Source of the DNA: Octopus bimaculoides
Taxonomy: Eukaryota
Length of the DNA: 64,000 bases
NCBI RefSeq assembly: GCF_001194135.2
Contig: NC_068982.1
Span: forward strand, 155,640,698 to 155,704,697
Reading direction: 5' to 3'
In this document: in pieces, positions 1 through 12,389 of the stretch
Position numbering within the stretch: the stretch's first letter is position 1
Layout: each line of letters begins with the position of its first letter
Notes under the pieces: generated by a model
What the model saw: only the letters and a program-made list of their open reading frames with translations
The model's database searches: none
What the model was told of the DNA's origin: nothing
Made by a program: the position numbers and the translations under genes

Positions 1-100
1 AAAGTATAGTTACTAGAGTAAGATTAGAATGGAGAAAGTTCAGAGAGTTATTACAAATGTAATATAGCAATTTATTTGGTTGTGGAATTTTTGAACTGTG
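1..100 (+). mobile_element. RTE-type LINE reverse-transcriptase C-terminal fragment (window edge)
   Basis: agtaagattagaatggagaaagttcagagagtta resembles the RTE copy at ~26335-26370 (ARIRxGWRKFREL-type segment); degenerate. Confidence 0.5.
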
Positions 101-208
101 TAACTGATAATAGAATTAGTCAGATTGTCAATCAAAATGAAAATACCATGTTTTGTCCTTTTTATCGATTCTTCTCACCCTCCTCTCAATTTTTTTTTTT
201 TTTAACAG

Positions 209-308
209 GAGGATGAGTTTGAAGAAGGTGATGATGATGAAGATGAAGTATCTGATGGTACAACGTTGAGTAGTATATTAGAGGATTATGGAGGTGATGG
301 TTTAAATG
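209..308 (+). CDS. IPO9: Importin-9, third-last coding exon (acidic region EDEFEEGDDDEDEVSDGTTLSSILEDYGGDGLN)
   Basis: poly-T tract + AACAG acceptor (AG 207-208), GTAAGT donor at 309; 100 nt phase 0 to 1, joins in frame with the next two exons; matches the acidic stretch before the IPO9 C-terminus. Confidence 0.85.
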
Positions 309-1792
309 GTAAGTGTATTACTTGTATGGGGGTGGGGAACTATTTTTAGGTTCAAAATAATGAGAGAGCCATTGCATAATTGCTTAACATATTAAGAATA
401 GTGGCTAATTCTTGCTCTTATTACACTAGTCTTTAATAAGAATGAACATGGTGGATAATATTATTTAAGATAAACTGAATTTAAAAAAACAGGGTTATCA
501 CTGCAAGTTTTTAGTTTAATTATATGAAAATACAAAAGATTGTAGAATCAGTGTCTCTATGAATAACTGCCTTCTCTCTTTTCTCTCAATATTTGTCTTT
601 CTGTTAGCTTCCATTCTTTAGAAAGAAGTGTGTATGACAGAATTTAATAGTCTCTAAAAAAAAAAGATACCTCAGGGTATTTGATTATCTCCCTTCGCGT
701 TTTTCAAATTCAACTTAGATCAGCTTAAATCTTTCATCCTTCAAGGTCAGTGAAAATAAGCACAAGGACTAACGTTGGTATAATTAACTATAACTTTAAA
801 AGCAATGTCCTAACATGGTGTCAGTTCGATGCCTGAAACCAGTAAAGAAAAAAATATATAAAGAAAAGCTGAGAGTGGGTTGTTTCAATAAGAACCTCTT
901 AAAAAGTTGTGTGGGATCATAGTATTGCTCTGTCATGTTTGGCATGTTTCTAACAGACATACAGAAACAGACTGGACAGTGGGCAGAGTAAGACCTGCCC
1001 AGACTATTGCATGTCATAATGTGCAGTATGGTTTTCAACTTGGCCAAACTGTAGAAAATATGGAGTTGTGAGATTGAACCTAGTTGTTCAATTCAGAGCT
1101 GACCTGGAATTAAAACAACCTAGAGTATTTAGTTTCGCCTCTGACCTGATTTTAAATACTACCAACCAAATATTAGTTCCAGGGCCCTTTACATAAAAAT
1201 ATGTCCAACCCTTGTCAGCATGGAAGGTTGGCGTTGAATGATGATGAAATATGTGGCCTTATGCCAAAATAAAATTAATATTGTCTTTCTTGGTGTTGAT
1301 TTAATCAACTATATGCTTCCTTCAGATTTGTTGTGCCAATGATAGATAGAAACCAGTATTTTTTCCTGGCAAATGTAGAGTACAATCATGTTCTTGCTAA
1401 ATCAAGTTTGTGACCTGCAGTCAATTAAGCTACTGATAATCCCCCCTTGAGGAGAGTCAGGAGAGGGCATAAATATTACTAATTTCTTTTATGAGAAAAA
1501 AACTCACTCTTGTGAGAACTTCATGCACCATTGCAGATAGTCAGTTGGATGATCTTTTTTTGTTGCTAGGGGTGTCTATCTGTGGGTGATCATCTTGATT
1601 TTGGATGTTAGGGAACAGTTTATTATATTGACTAACTCCTGTTGTATGAAAGGCAAAGTTGACCTCAGGAAGACTTACTTTGAGCATAAAAGGCTGTACC
1701 TCAAAGCATTTCAGCTGATGTACTGATCTTGTGACATCTAACCACCTTTTTCTGTTTTTAATTACCTGTTTTTATTTTATTTTTTTCTTCAG

Positions 1793-1866
1793 TTCTAAAA
1801 TCTGGGCTGGATGAAGACGAAGATCCTGATGCACTGGCTGACCCAGTTTATCATATTGATCTGCAG
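1793..1866 (+). CDS. IPO9: Importin-9, penultimate coding exon (VLKSGLDEDEDPDALADPVYHIDLQ)
   Basis: TTTTTTCTTCAG acceptor, CAG|GTAATG donor; 74 nt phase 1 to 0; matches recalled IPO9 motif DPDALxDPLYQIDLQ. Confidence 0.92.
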
Positions 1867-2072
1867 GTAATGACTTTCACTTATTCTATTATTTCTTAGG
1901 AATACCTAGTTTCTTTTAAATTTTAGTCGTTTCTTAAAATTTCTGTTTTCTATGTCTAATATTCTAGGTACTCTTGATATTTGACATTGTTGAAAATTCC
2001 ATATTACCAATGCATTTAAAAAAAAAAATTTTTTTTTTTTTATATATAATACCATTTTCTTTCTCTTCCCAG

Positions 2073-2189
2073 GCATACTTATCAGAATTCTTGCAGTCTT
2101 TGTCACAGCAAGCATTTTACAACATGTTTAGCAGCCATCATACCCCAGCTGAGCGACAAGTGTTACAAGCCATTGGTATCCAGTGTTAA
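2073..2189 (+). CDS. IPO9: Importin-9, last coding exon (AYLSEFLQSLSQQAFYNMFSSHHTPAERQVLQAIGIQC*)
   Basis: TTCTCTTCCCAG acceptor, TAA at 2187-2189; matches recalled IPO9 C-terminus AYLTDFL...ERRVLQTIGI. Confidence 0.92.
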   Translation, partial: AYLSEFLQSLSQQAFYNMFSSHHTPAERQVLQAIGIQC

Positions 2190-2492
2190 TTAATCACCTT
2201 ATTACACATATTTTATCCTCTTAGCCTTTCTTTTTTCCATACCACAAACTCCAACTAATACAACACTGATTCCTCTCTATTGCCAAATACCTGCCAATTG
2301 ACTTGCAAACAAAGAAAAGAAAGGAAACAATCAAGGCTATGATGTAATTAGGTGCTGTCGTTTTAATTTCCTTGCTGCATCTACCTTTTAAAACCACGTA
2401 TCTTGGTCAATGCCATCCAAGCGAATTGTTACATTCACTCTCTTCCCAACTTAATTTTATATATCATAAAACATTTTCTTTTTAAGATATTT

Positions 2493-2515
2493 AATAAAGG
2501 CTTGTAAATAATAAA
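2493..2515 (+). terminator. Candidate IPO9 polyadenylation signals (AATAAA at 2493 and 2510)
   Basis: AATAAA hexamers ~300 nt after the stop; AT-rich context so chance is possible. Confidence 0.3.
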
Positions 2516-2939
2516 TAATAAAAATAAACAGTTCCAAATTTCTTTTTTAGAATGATTTTTGTTTAAATTTGGTTTTATCTTCATATTGTTCCTCTAGTTA
2601 ATTCAAGCACTGTTTATAGATCTATGTCCTTTCTAGTCAAGCAAACATGTGATCAGAGATGTTCCAGCTATGAGCAATCTCCACTCCATCTCACCTAACA
2701 TTATTTATTTCTTACTTTATTGTATTTAACTTCAGGTCAGTCCCAATCCTGTAAACTTATGTCAAAGACATTTTAAATGTTACCATCCCAGTGTTTATTT
2801 ATAGTTTATGTAGCACTACATTAGCTGTATGCCTTTCTCTGTTGTTGTTTATTCCTAGATCAACTCTTTGATCAGTTACTTTCCAACTGTGGAGATTCAA
2901 ATTTTTTTCCCTATAGACATAGTGTATCTAGGCACCCAG

Positions 2940-4570
2940 ATATCTTCCATGGGGACATGGAATTGGTTCCTGGAATGAAGAGAGTACAAGGCTGATGGAG
3001 TTCTGTGACACAAATGACCTAATGATCTGCAATACTAACTTCAGAAAGCTGGCCAGCCACTTGATAACCCATAAATCTGGTGACCATGCTAGCCAGATTG
3101 ACTACATTCTCACCAAAAAGCAGGATTCATGGCTACTCATAAATGCTAAGGCCTTTCCTGGAGAAGAATGTACTCCACAACATAGGTTATTCATTGGGGA
3201 CTTCAGGCTACTGGCTTGTAAGATTCCAAGAAGCAAGTCAGTTTGGAACAGAAGGGCATGAAAGCTTTAGGATCCTTTCATTAGTCAGAGATTTAGAGAC
3301 ATCCTGAATGAAGCATATGATGAGGAGGTGAAGTTACAGACTTGTAGCATATAGGATAAATGGAAGTTCTTATGGGACAACTTGCTAGGTGCTGCGGACC
3401 AAATTTGTGACTGGTGCAAAGAAACAGGCTTGGAAGCAGGTGTACTTAGCCAGATGTGAAACAGAAAGGGAGAAATTTGCCAATGTCTTACAGTGTGAGG
3501 ACCAGAGACTTGAAGTGTTTTGTCTTGCAAGACTGTGCCAGGGAAAATTGTGACATGGGAGAGAAATGTGTTTGCATGAATGATGGTTCACTTGCAGTTT
3601 GTGACTCTGCAAAAAATGAGGCTTGGAAGTGTCACTATGAAAGGCCACTAAATGTAGAGAATGCATGGGAGAAGGAGTCTGCCTAAAGTGGATCCAACAT
3701 AGGGACCAGCAATCTGAAGAGACAGTTGCATGGTAGATAAAGCCAAGAAGGATATGATCAGGAAAGCCCCTGACCCACCACCAGTCACTACTGAGATGCT
3801 TAAAAAACCTGGGTGAGATACAGTTTGGTTTCATGCCAAGGAGAAGCACTACTGATGTTCTATTTCTGGTATGACAGACTGTATGATGCCTGTGTGCGAA
3901 CAGTGATGCTACATGGCAGTGAAACCGGCTGTGATCACTGAGGATATGCGAAGGCTTAAAGAGAGCTAGTATGCTTCATTGGATGTGCAATGTTAGTGTG
4001 CATATAAGACTGTGTAAGCACTTAAGAGAAAAGCTGGTCATAAGAGGCATCAGATGTGGTGTGCAAGAGAGATGATTGCATTGGTATGGTCATGTCAAGC
4101 GTATGGTTGAGGACAGCTGTGTAAAGAAGTACCAATCTCTGTGGGAGGGGTAGACCTTGGAAGACATGGGACAAAGTAGTGATGCATGATCTTTGATTGT
4201 TGGGCCTCATCGAGGTGATAAGTGACCGAGAGCTCTGACGATATGATGTGCATGAGAAGACTCCTCAGACCAAGTGAAATTGTAGTGATTGTGCCAGTGT
4301 TATGTAAATGGCACCCATGCATCATAGTCATTGATGCTACCATGTAAATGGCACTTGTGAATCCTCGTGGTCGATGTCGGTGCCACATAAATAGCACTTG
4401 TGAGTTGCTGGTGCCATGTAAATAGCAGCTATACATTGTGGTCATTGCTGGTTCCATGGTACATAAAAGCACCCATTACACACCATTGCTGGTGCCGGCA
4501 GCACATAAAAGCTCCCATTACACTCTTAGAGTGGTTGGTGTTAGGAAGGGCAACCAGCTGTACAAATCAG
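2940..4570 (+). mobile_element. Internally deleted, degenerate RTE-clade LINE (endonuclease end, linker, RT pieces, 3' UTR)
   Basis: MEFCDTNDLMICNTNFRK..HLITHKSGDHASQIDYIL (APE C-terminus), QFGFMPRRSTTD (RT start), LYDACVRTVMLHGSET (RT C-terminus); many stops and frameshifts; runs into the abundant 3'-tail repeat. Confidence 0.85.
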
Positions 4571-4849
4571 CCTGGATCCTGGACTGGAATCCTCTTCAGA
4601 AATTTGAACTTGAATCAGCCTTCTCAAAGCTTCCATGTCTTCTTATGCTGCTGCACCTGTACCTCCATTTTTTCCTTCTGAAGTTGAAGTTGTTATGTGA
4701 GCAACTTTATCAGGTCACCGCCTTGTTCCACCATTGTTGTCAGGTAAAAATAGCTTACAGTAAAACTCCAACTATATTAGATAAAATAAAGTATTATATT
4801 CTGTAAAACTCTTGACAGAACAATAATTTAACTGATACTAGAAATACAG

Positions 4850-5410
4850 GAAGACAGAAACTTATGTGCAAAACTGGTCGTTTACCTTTCAAATAATTGT
4901 ATCATCAATGTCAAGGTAAAAAGCCCACTCAGCAAGGATAGTCTTTCTTATCCTACTGGCGATGCCAATTTGTTGTGCTTCTCTTGTTCACTTGCAAAGA
5001 AGAACACAGTGATACTCCAGACAGGTTTATTATCTGTCTCTCAAACAATGTATAACAAGAAAAGACAGACAAAGGGAGAAATGCCCCTCTACCCGCTCTA
5101 CTTATACAACAGTAAGCTATTTGAACATTCGAGAGAGTTCTGCAACTTTCTATTCGATTCTATTGGACAGATTTAGATGCTAACAATCTCCACAACATGT
5201 ATATACACACACAAGAGGTACAGTGGAATAATAGGAAGATTATAAGAGAAAGTAGTGTTTGTATGTGGCATTCTTCATCCTCCAAGAGGGTCCTAAACCT
5301 TATGTTGATGCCTGCCAAAAGTGCATTGACCAAGGGGCTGCAGTAGACGAGTCCCTTGGATTTCAAGTCCTTGAGCCTAAAGATCATCACAGTGACTTGA
5401 GTCAATGGAA
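4850..5410 (-). mobile_element. Degenerate hAT transposase C-terminal remnant
   Basis: minus-strand LKDLKSKGLVYCSPLVNALLAGINIRFRTLLEDEEC resembles hAT/ZBED-type transposases; downstream ASPVG*ERLSLLSGL resembles the dimerisation motif PSSAxVERLFS. Confidence 0.55.
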
Positions 5411-6315
5411 GTTAATTCAAGCAAACTCGAATTAACAGAAGTTAAATGTTACAGAAATTAATTAGTCTGATAATGATTGCCAGAGTTAACTTTGTTGATC
5501 CATGTCTTCACTGGTTTGTCACTTCCTCAAGTTTTATCCACTTTAAGTGCTCTACACGTCTATCTATAAAGGTCTCATGTTGAATGACTTGTCAGTCTTA
5601 TTTTGTCAAGTATTTAAACTTATACAGAAATCCTAACAAAAAAAGAAAATCAGTCATTTGTGTAGCTAATCATTATGGTATCAGCAGTTACGAGATTTCC
5701 TAATACCCTACACGGATAAAGAGTTCTCGGTACCTTATGTTGCCTCCATCCATTCTAAGTAAGCTGAGAGAGTCAAACACACCTAACTCTATCACTTGGA
5801 ACGTAGAGCATAATCCTGTAAACCAAATTCTAAAGTCTTCTTCCTTTGTATTTCTGCGAAAAGTGCAATCCTATTTAGCACCTACAATATCCTCGACCTA
5901 AAAACAGCTCATCTCACATTTCTGGCACAATAACTCCATTCTCTTGAAAACGAGACCCCCACCACACACACAAATTTCCGTCTACTTGAACCGACCTTTA
6001 TTATTATTATATGTAGAATGATTCACTCCTCACCAAGTTCTTTATACTTTTATTTATGTAGTTGTAACTGTTCTAACTCTCAGCTGCTGCAAATACCTTT
6101 ATACGTTTAAACAATTGGTGTCTGTACATCCCCATATTTCTATCTCTGAATGGATATATATATATATATATATATAGTCCTCATTAGGGATTATATAATC
6201 CAGGGTATTCCACTGGTTTAATACGTATCATATAATGGTGAAGTCATTGGTATATGTTTAGGATTACTGAAATTTTTAATGTTGAAGGAAAAATAAGGAG
6301 CAGAAAATGAAGAAT

Positions 6316-6495
6316 AAATGGATGTAATTACTGATTTATTTTGCATGTTGTAGAAAAATGATGCTTTTTTTTTTAAAAAAAAACATTACAAATAAATAAA
6401 TTAATTAATTAAATATTGATTTATTTATAATGTTTTTTTAAAAAAAAACACCATCTTTCTACAATATGCAAATAAATCAGTAATTACATTCATTT
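6316..6495. repeat. AT-rich imperfect palindrome (~85-bp arms)
   Basis: left arm atgtaattactgatttattttgcatgttgtagaaaaatgatg... is the near reverse complement of ...caccatctttctacaatatgcaaataaatcagtaattacat. Confidence 0.85.
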
Positions 6496-6619
6496 TTTTA
6501 TCTTTCTATTAGGTGAAATATGTATGAATCATAGAAAATATATATATATATATAGATAATTGCATAGCATATAAAATACAGAATACATGTATATTTTCGA
6601 TATGTATATATCATAATTT

Positions 6620-6914
6620 TCATATGACTAATATCTCTGTGTGAGTACGTGTGTTTTAAAATATATGCATATGTACATATATATAGAGTATATGTATATA
6701 TATATATATAATATACATATGTGTGTGTGTATGTATTTATGTATGTGTGTATATGTATATGTATCTCTCTTCCTTTCTCTCCCTCCCCCTCTCTCTCTAT
6801 ATATCTATATATATATATATGTGTGTATGGTCATTTGTTTTCCATGCTAGTATGGTTTAGACATTTGTGGAGCATAAACGTGTAATATATGTGTGTGTGT
6901 GTATATATATATAT
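6620..6914. repeat. Compound (TA)n/(TG)n/(CT)n microsatellite
   Basis: directly visible dinucleotide runs. Confidence 0.9.
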
Positions 6915-7011
6915 TGGAGCCTGGTGTAGCCATCTGGTTTCACCAGTCCTCAGTCAAATCGTCCAACCCATGCTAGCATGGAAAGCGGACGTTAAATGAT
7001 GACGACGACGA
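6915..7011 (+). mobile_element. Young 5'-truncated RTE 3'-tail repeat copy
   Basis: ggagcctggtgtagccatctggtttcaccagtcctcagtcaaatcgtccaacccatgctagcatggaaagcggacgttaa + (GAT/GAC)n; near-identical to copies at 15.9, 19.3 and 25.1 kb. Confidence 0.85.
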
Positions 7012-8095
7012 TACACTCACATATGTATGCCTATGTGCATACTTGATATTTTCTTTTTGCACATGTAATTTTAGCTCCCCTGTAATGTTATTTGGAACCA
7101 CCTTTTCTCCCTCACACACTCCCACACAACTACATCAACATCAACCTATTCAGCGATCCCTTCCCATGCCACACATCCTCTCACAATAAAGGCATTCAAG
7201 CACCACTTAATGACCCCTATTTCACCTTCAAATAAAAAGTACTTCATTCTTTCTTCCTATTAATTATTAACCTTAAAATGGTGTTATTAATATTAGTGCT
7301 ACGTTTAAGATGGTGAGCTGGCAGAATTGTTAGCATGCTAGGTGAAATGGCTAGTAGAATTTTGTTTGGGACTGAACCCAGAACTATAGGTTCGGGAAAC
7401 AAACTTCTACACAGCCATGCCTATGGCTAAGAAGTTTCCTGACCAAAGCCTTGTGAGTGAATTTGATAGACGGAAACTGAAAGAAGCCCTTTGTGTATAT
7501 TTGTGTGTGTGCATGACTTTGTGTATGTGTTTGTCCACCCCAAACTGCTTGAGAACCAGTGTTGGTGTGTTTATCCCCTGTAATGTAGCAGTTCAGCAAA
7601 AGAAACTGATAGAACCCAACTTTACAAAAACATAATAAGTATTGGGGTCAATTCATTTGACTAAAATTCTTCAAGGCAACACCCCAGCATGGCCACAGAC
7701 TAATGACTGAAGCAAGAATAATAAAAAGATAGAAAGATAAAAAGATAGTTTCAATCATTGGACTGTGACATGCTGGAGCACTATTTTGAAGGCTTTTCCT
7801 TCATTATATTGATTTGAGTACTTTATCTGGCATTTGTTTTATTGACCTTGGTGCTGAGTGGAAGGGTAGATAAGCAAAATGGGGAGAAATTAGATGTGTG
7901 TGAGTGTGTGCATGCGCACACAAACACAGTCTCTGTTAAGTGGTTGGTGTTGTAAAGGGTATATAGTCAGAAATCAAACCAAAAATGACAATTATGAGCA
8001 ATATATGATTGTCCAATGCATCTAAGAATAATTCCAAATAAGAACGGACTCAGATTGTAATGACCCGTCCAATCGAAAGGGGACATAAAATTATA

Positions 8096-8133
<38 letters not shown>

Positions 8134-8399
8134 ATGTACTATACCATGAAAGAGATTTAAAAAAAAAAAGCATGATATATGGTTTGTGTCTGAAGAATAT
8201 TTTTAATTATTTCTAAACATATGAAACTATTAGTAGCACTTAAAGACATGTATTGTGCCTTTTAAATAAATAATATATATATGTCTGTCTGTATATATGC
8301 CAATAGAATAAATATATGGCTTACATAAAAGTACTGGGTAGTGATTTGTTCAACTAAAACCCTTCAAGGTGATGCCTCAGCATAGCTACAGTCCAATGA

Positions 8400-8426
8400 C
8401 AGAGAGAGAGAGAGAGAGAGATAGAT

Positions 8427-8457
<31 letters not shown>

Positions 8458-8485
8458 TAGATGGAGATAGAGAGAGAGAGAGAGA
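8400..8485. repeat. (GA)n microsatellite
   Basis: direct. Confidence 0.9.
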
Positions 8486-9357
8486 CACAGACTCTGATTT
8501 GAAATTGTTTATTGTGCAAGTAAGCTGTAAAAATTGTATCTTTACTAAAACTTTAAATAGATTATTTCACAATATCTCTTTGAATATATTAATGATTTAT
8601 TATAAAAAGAATAAGTTACTGAGTCTAAAACTATAAAGTCTTCTCTTTTGCACTCACACATTGTGGTTATATATATAGCAGACACAATGCATTGAAAAAG
8701 GACAAACATATAACTATTTACAATTATAATCACAAACTCAAGGCACGGAACTCTTTCATGCTGGTGAAGCTTTTATGAAAGCTATAAATTTCTTAATGAG
8801 ATTCTAGCCAGGTACAATATTAGATTTAGTGAAACTATTAACCTTTCAATTACTGTAAACCCAATGGTGAAAGTAAATAGGCCAGTGTTGCATGCGTAAC
8901 ATCACTTTGATTATATGTGATTTTATTGATTTGTTTGAGAGTTTAGAATATTGATTTCTAACATAGACAAACAGCCGCAAATTGTAGGGGAAGAGTTTCT
9001 TTCGATTGACTTGATTAATACTTTATCGATCCCAGAAGGATGAGATGTAATGTCAGCCACTACAGGACTTGAACATAAAGACCACAAGATATTTGCCTTA
9101 CACTACTGGTTTCTGCAAGTCCACCACCCTTTGAATATTGTAATTTACTTGTAATATTCTCATTCTTGGTCCAGGGCTTTTTTTTTTTTTTTTTTTTTCA
9201 ATATTAGAAAATATTTCAGATTTAAACAGATGGTGACCATTTGCATTAATGTATGCTGACCGTTAATAAATGTGATTCTGTAAGTGGCTGTGTGTGTGTA
9301 TGTGTATATATATTGTGAGTGTGTGTGTATGTATATACATATATATAGCTCTTGTGG

Positions 9358-10650
9358 TGGGAGGGACTGTCTAACACAGCTCCTCCACCACTTTGATGAC
9401 ATCTTAAATGCACTGAGGGCTCCAACGCAGATGTCATATACCTTGATTTCAGCAAGGCCTTTGACAAAGTCAACCACAATATTGTGTTAAGAAAACTATC
9501 CAATGCTGGAGTCGGTGGAAAGCTACTTCAATGGATTAGGCATTTCCTAACAAAGAGGACCCAGCATGTTGTGGTTGATGGCAACCACGCAAAACCAGCA
9601 AAAGTCATCAGTGGAGTCCCGTAGGGTGCTGTGCTGGGTCCACTTTTTTTTTATTGTCTGTATCAATGACATTGCAGATTCCATTGAACATAGCACCATT
9701 AAAATATTTGCAGATGACTCTAAGCTCCAGAAAGTCATTAAGGGAGCATATGATCAAACGATGCTTTAATTGGACCTATGCCCAGTGGGCACAAATGAAC
9801 AATATGCAGTTAAACGAAGAAAAATTTGAGCTCATCCACTTTGGAAAAGAGGGCACACTCAAACAACCATATACATTACCGTTGGGAGACCTACTTGAAC
9901 CGTCAGATAATATCAGAGACTTAGGTGTAACTGTCGACAGTAGCCTTAGCTGGAGTGTGCACATCAACGAAAAAGTCAATGTTGCCCACAAAATGTGCTC
10001 ATGGATCCTCAGAACTTTTCAATGTAGGGGTCATGAAACCATCATCCTTCTCTTCTCCACATTCGCTAGGCCCCACCTTGAATACTGCTGCCCACTGTGG
10101 TCCCCCTACAAAAACAAAACATAATGAGGATAAAAGTGCCACAAAGATCGATCACAAAAAAAATAAATGGCATGATGGGACTTGATTATTGGGCTCGACT
10201 TAAACAGCTGAAGCTCTATTCTCTGCAACGTCGCCATGAGCGATAAATTATTTGCACCATGTGGAAAATATTCCACCACTATTATCCAAATGATATCGGT
10301 ATTATGTTTACAATTCACCCAAGACTAGGCCCCCATGGAATGTGTCCCCTACAAAGGTCAAGATCACATCACATAGGAACACTGCGACACAATTTCTTCA
10401 CTACAAATGGTCCTGCACTTTTCAATGTTATCCTGAAAGAGATTAAAGTAGAAAAAGACCCCACAACTTTCAAACGGTACCTGGACAAATTCCTCCAGGA
10501 AATACTGGATAAACCACCTACACCTGGATATGTCTCAACTAACAACAACTCACTGCTTGAGTGGTCCATGGTGTCCCGAAATAATTAACTAAAAGACTTT
10601 TCCAGGTGGTGCTATTGAGTTAATCATGGCCTGGGCTGTTAATGGCCGAA
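9358..10650 (+). mobile_element. 5'-truncated CR1-like LINE (RT domain and C-terminus), degenerate
   Basis: DVIYLDFSKAFDKVNH, SGVP*GAVLGP, IFADDSKL, RPHLEYCCPLWSP, C-terminal DKPPTPGYVSTNNNSLL; frameshifts and stops. Confidence 0.85.
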
Positions 10651-11614
10651 ACTAATGTAAGTTATCTTCTAGGTTATAACTTACATTAGAGAGAGAGAGA
10701 GAAGGAAAAGAGGGAGAGAGAGAGAGAGACATATACATCATCATCATCATGTAATGTCTGTTTTCCATGCTGGCATGAGTTAGATGGTTTAACAGGAACT
10801 GGCAAGCCAGAGAGCTTAGGAAGAGCATTCACTTTATGGCTGAATGCTCTTCCTAATGCTAACCACTTTATTGAGTATATTGAATGTTCTTTATGTGACG
10901 CCAGCATGGGTGCTTTTTATGTAGTGCCAGCAGCACAGGTGCCTTTTATGTGGTGCCAGCACAAATTTTTTTCCACTTGGCACCAGCACTCATAGGGTTG
11001 CTAAGTAACTTGCAAAACAAGGATGTACCTACTGAGAGAGGAAAAGAAACTGAGAGAAATGGCTGTGTGCCAGGTGAGAAGTTGGAGTATTATTGAGGGA
11101 CAAAGATAGTGGTCTTACTACAGAGGACAAAGAAAGAGAGGAAGATGAGTGACAGAAAGAGACAGTCAGAGAGAGAGAGAGGGGGGGAGAGAATGAGAAC
11201 CTAACCACTTGGAACAGATTGGTGGACTATAAGTAGTACAGAAGAGATAGAGGAGATGTTCCATAAGAGTGTGAGGTGAGATATTTGGAGATAGTAAGAG
11301 GAACTGGAGGAGCCTGCAGTAGGTGGTGGTGGTTTTGGGAAGATGGGTTGTAGGTGAATCCTTTTAATGTCTACTTTTCCATGCTTGTATGGGCAAGACA
11401 AAATTTTGTTGAGGCAGATTTTCTATGGCCAGTTGCTCATCCTATCCCCAACCCTCACTTGTTTCCAAGTAAGGTAATATTTCCCCATGTCTGGACATGT
11501 TTTCACAGAAGATTAGGAATGAAGGACTCTGCTTGTATGACAGAGATATTTGTTTATGACTATTGTGTGATGTCAAGGGAAAGAGAGAGTAACACACACA
11601 CAAGATGGGCTTCT

Positions 11615-11860
11615 TTCAGTTTCTTATTTCGTTAATCCCCAGTATGTAACTGGTACTTAATTTATCGACCCCGAAAGAANNNNNNNNNNTTCAGTTTCTT
11701 ATTTCGTTAATCCCCAGTATGTAACTGGTACTTAATTTATCGACCCCGAAAGAATGAAAGGCAAAGTCGACCTCGGCGGAATTTGAACTCAGAACGTAAC
11801 GGCAGATGAAATACTGCAAAGCATTTTGCCCGGTGTGCTAATGTTTCTGCCAGCTTGCCA
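11615..11860 (-). mobile_element. tRNA-headed SINE copy (family A)
   Basis: reverse complement reads ggcaagctggcagaaacattagca...ttctgagttcaaattccgccgaggtcgactttgcctttcattctttcggggtcgataaattaagtaccag with pol III A/B-box-like motifs. Confidence 0.8.
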
Positions 11861-12250
11861 AGCTTCTTTCAGTTTCTGTCTAACAAATCCACTCACAAGG
11901 CTTTGGTTAGTTTGGGCTATAGCAGAAGATACTTGCTTAAGGTGCCACATGGTGGGACTGAACCAGGAACCATGATGATTAGTTTAAAATAATTTCAAGA
12001 AAAACACGTTTACTGATGAGGAGGAGACTCAATACTAAAAGTAGTAAAATTTATAATAAAATTCAGTTTCACTGTGATTTAGAGTTTTATTAAAGTTTTA
12101 CCTGACAGCTTATTCAACCAGTCAACTCATTGAATAAGTATTGAGGCAAAATCGAACCCACTGAAAATGAATTTTATAATTATATATGTGAGTGTGTGTG
12201 TGTGGTCTTACTCTTGTACTTACAATGTGGAATGAGTGTGTTTTATTGTA

Positions 12251-12389
12251 TCATCATCATCATCATCATCGTTTAACGTCCGCTTTCCATGCTAGCATGG
12301 GTTGGACGACTTGACTGAGGACTGGTGAAACCGGATGGCAACACCAGGCTCCAATCTAAATTTGGCAGAGTTTCTACAGCTGGATGCCC
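12251..12389 (-). mobile_element. Young RTE 3'-tail repeat copy cut by an assembly gap
   Basis: (ATC)n + gtttaacgtccgctttccatgctagcatgggttggacg..., near-identical to 20697-20826. Confidence 0.85.

Noticed and set aside
1330-1620. Possible mariner HTH remnant on the minus strand in an IPO9 intron
   Set aside because: The similarity is too weak to support by eye.
5600-6110. Moderately complex unexplained sequence, possibly a Penelope-like or LINE remnant
   Set aside because: No recognisable motif in any frame; it needs a profile search.
6641-6850. ORFs rich in YI/CV repeats (also 20770-21081, 7967-8173, 54246-54467)
   Set aside because: These are translations of (TA)n/(TG)n microsatellites.
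11615-11754. Exact 65-bp direct repeat on either side of a 10-N gap
   Set aside because: This is the typical signature of unmerged overlapping contig ends, so an assembly artefact.
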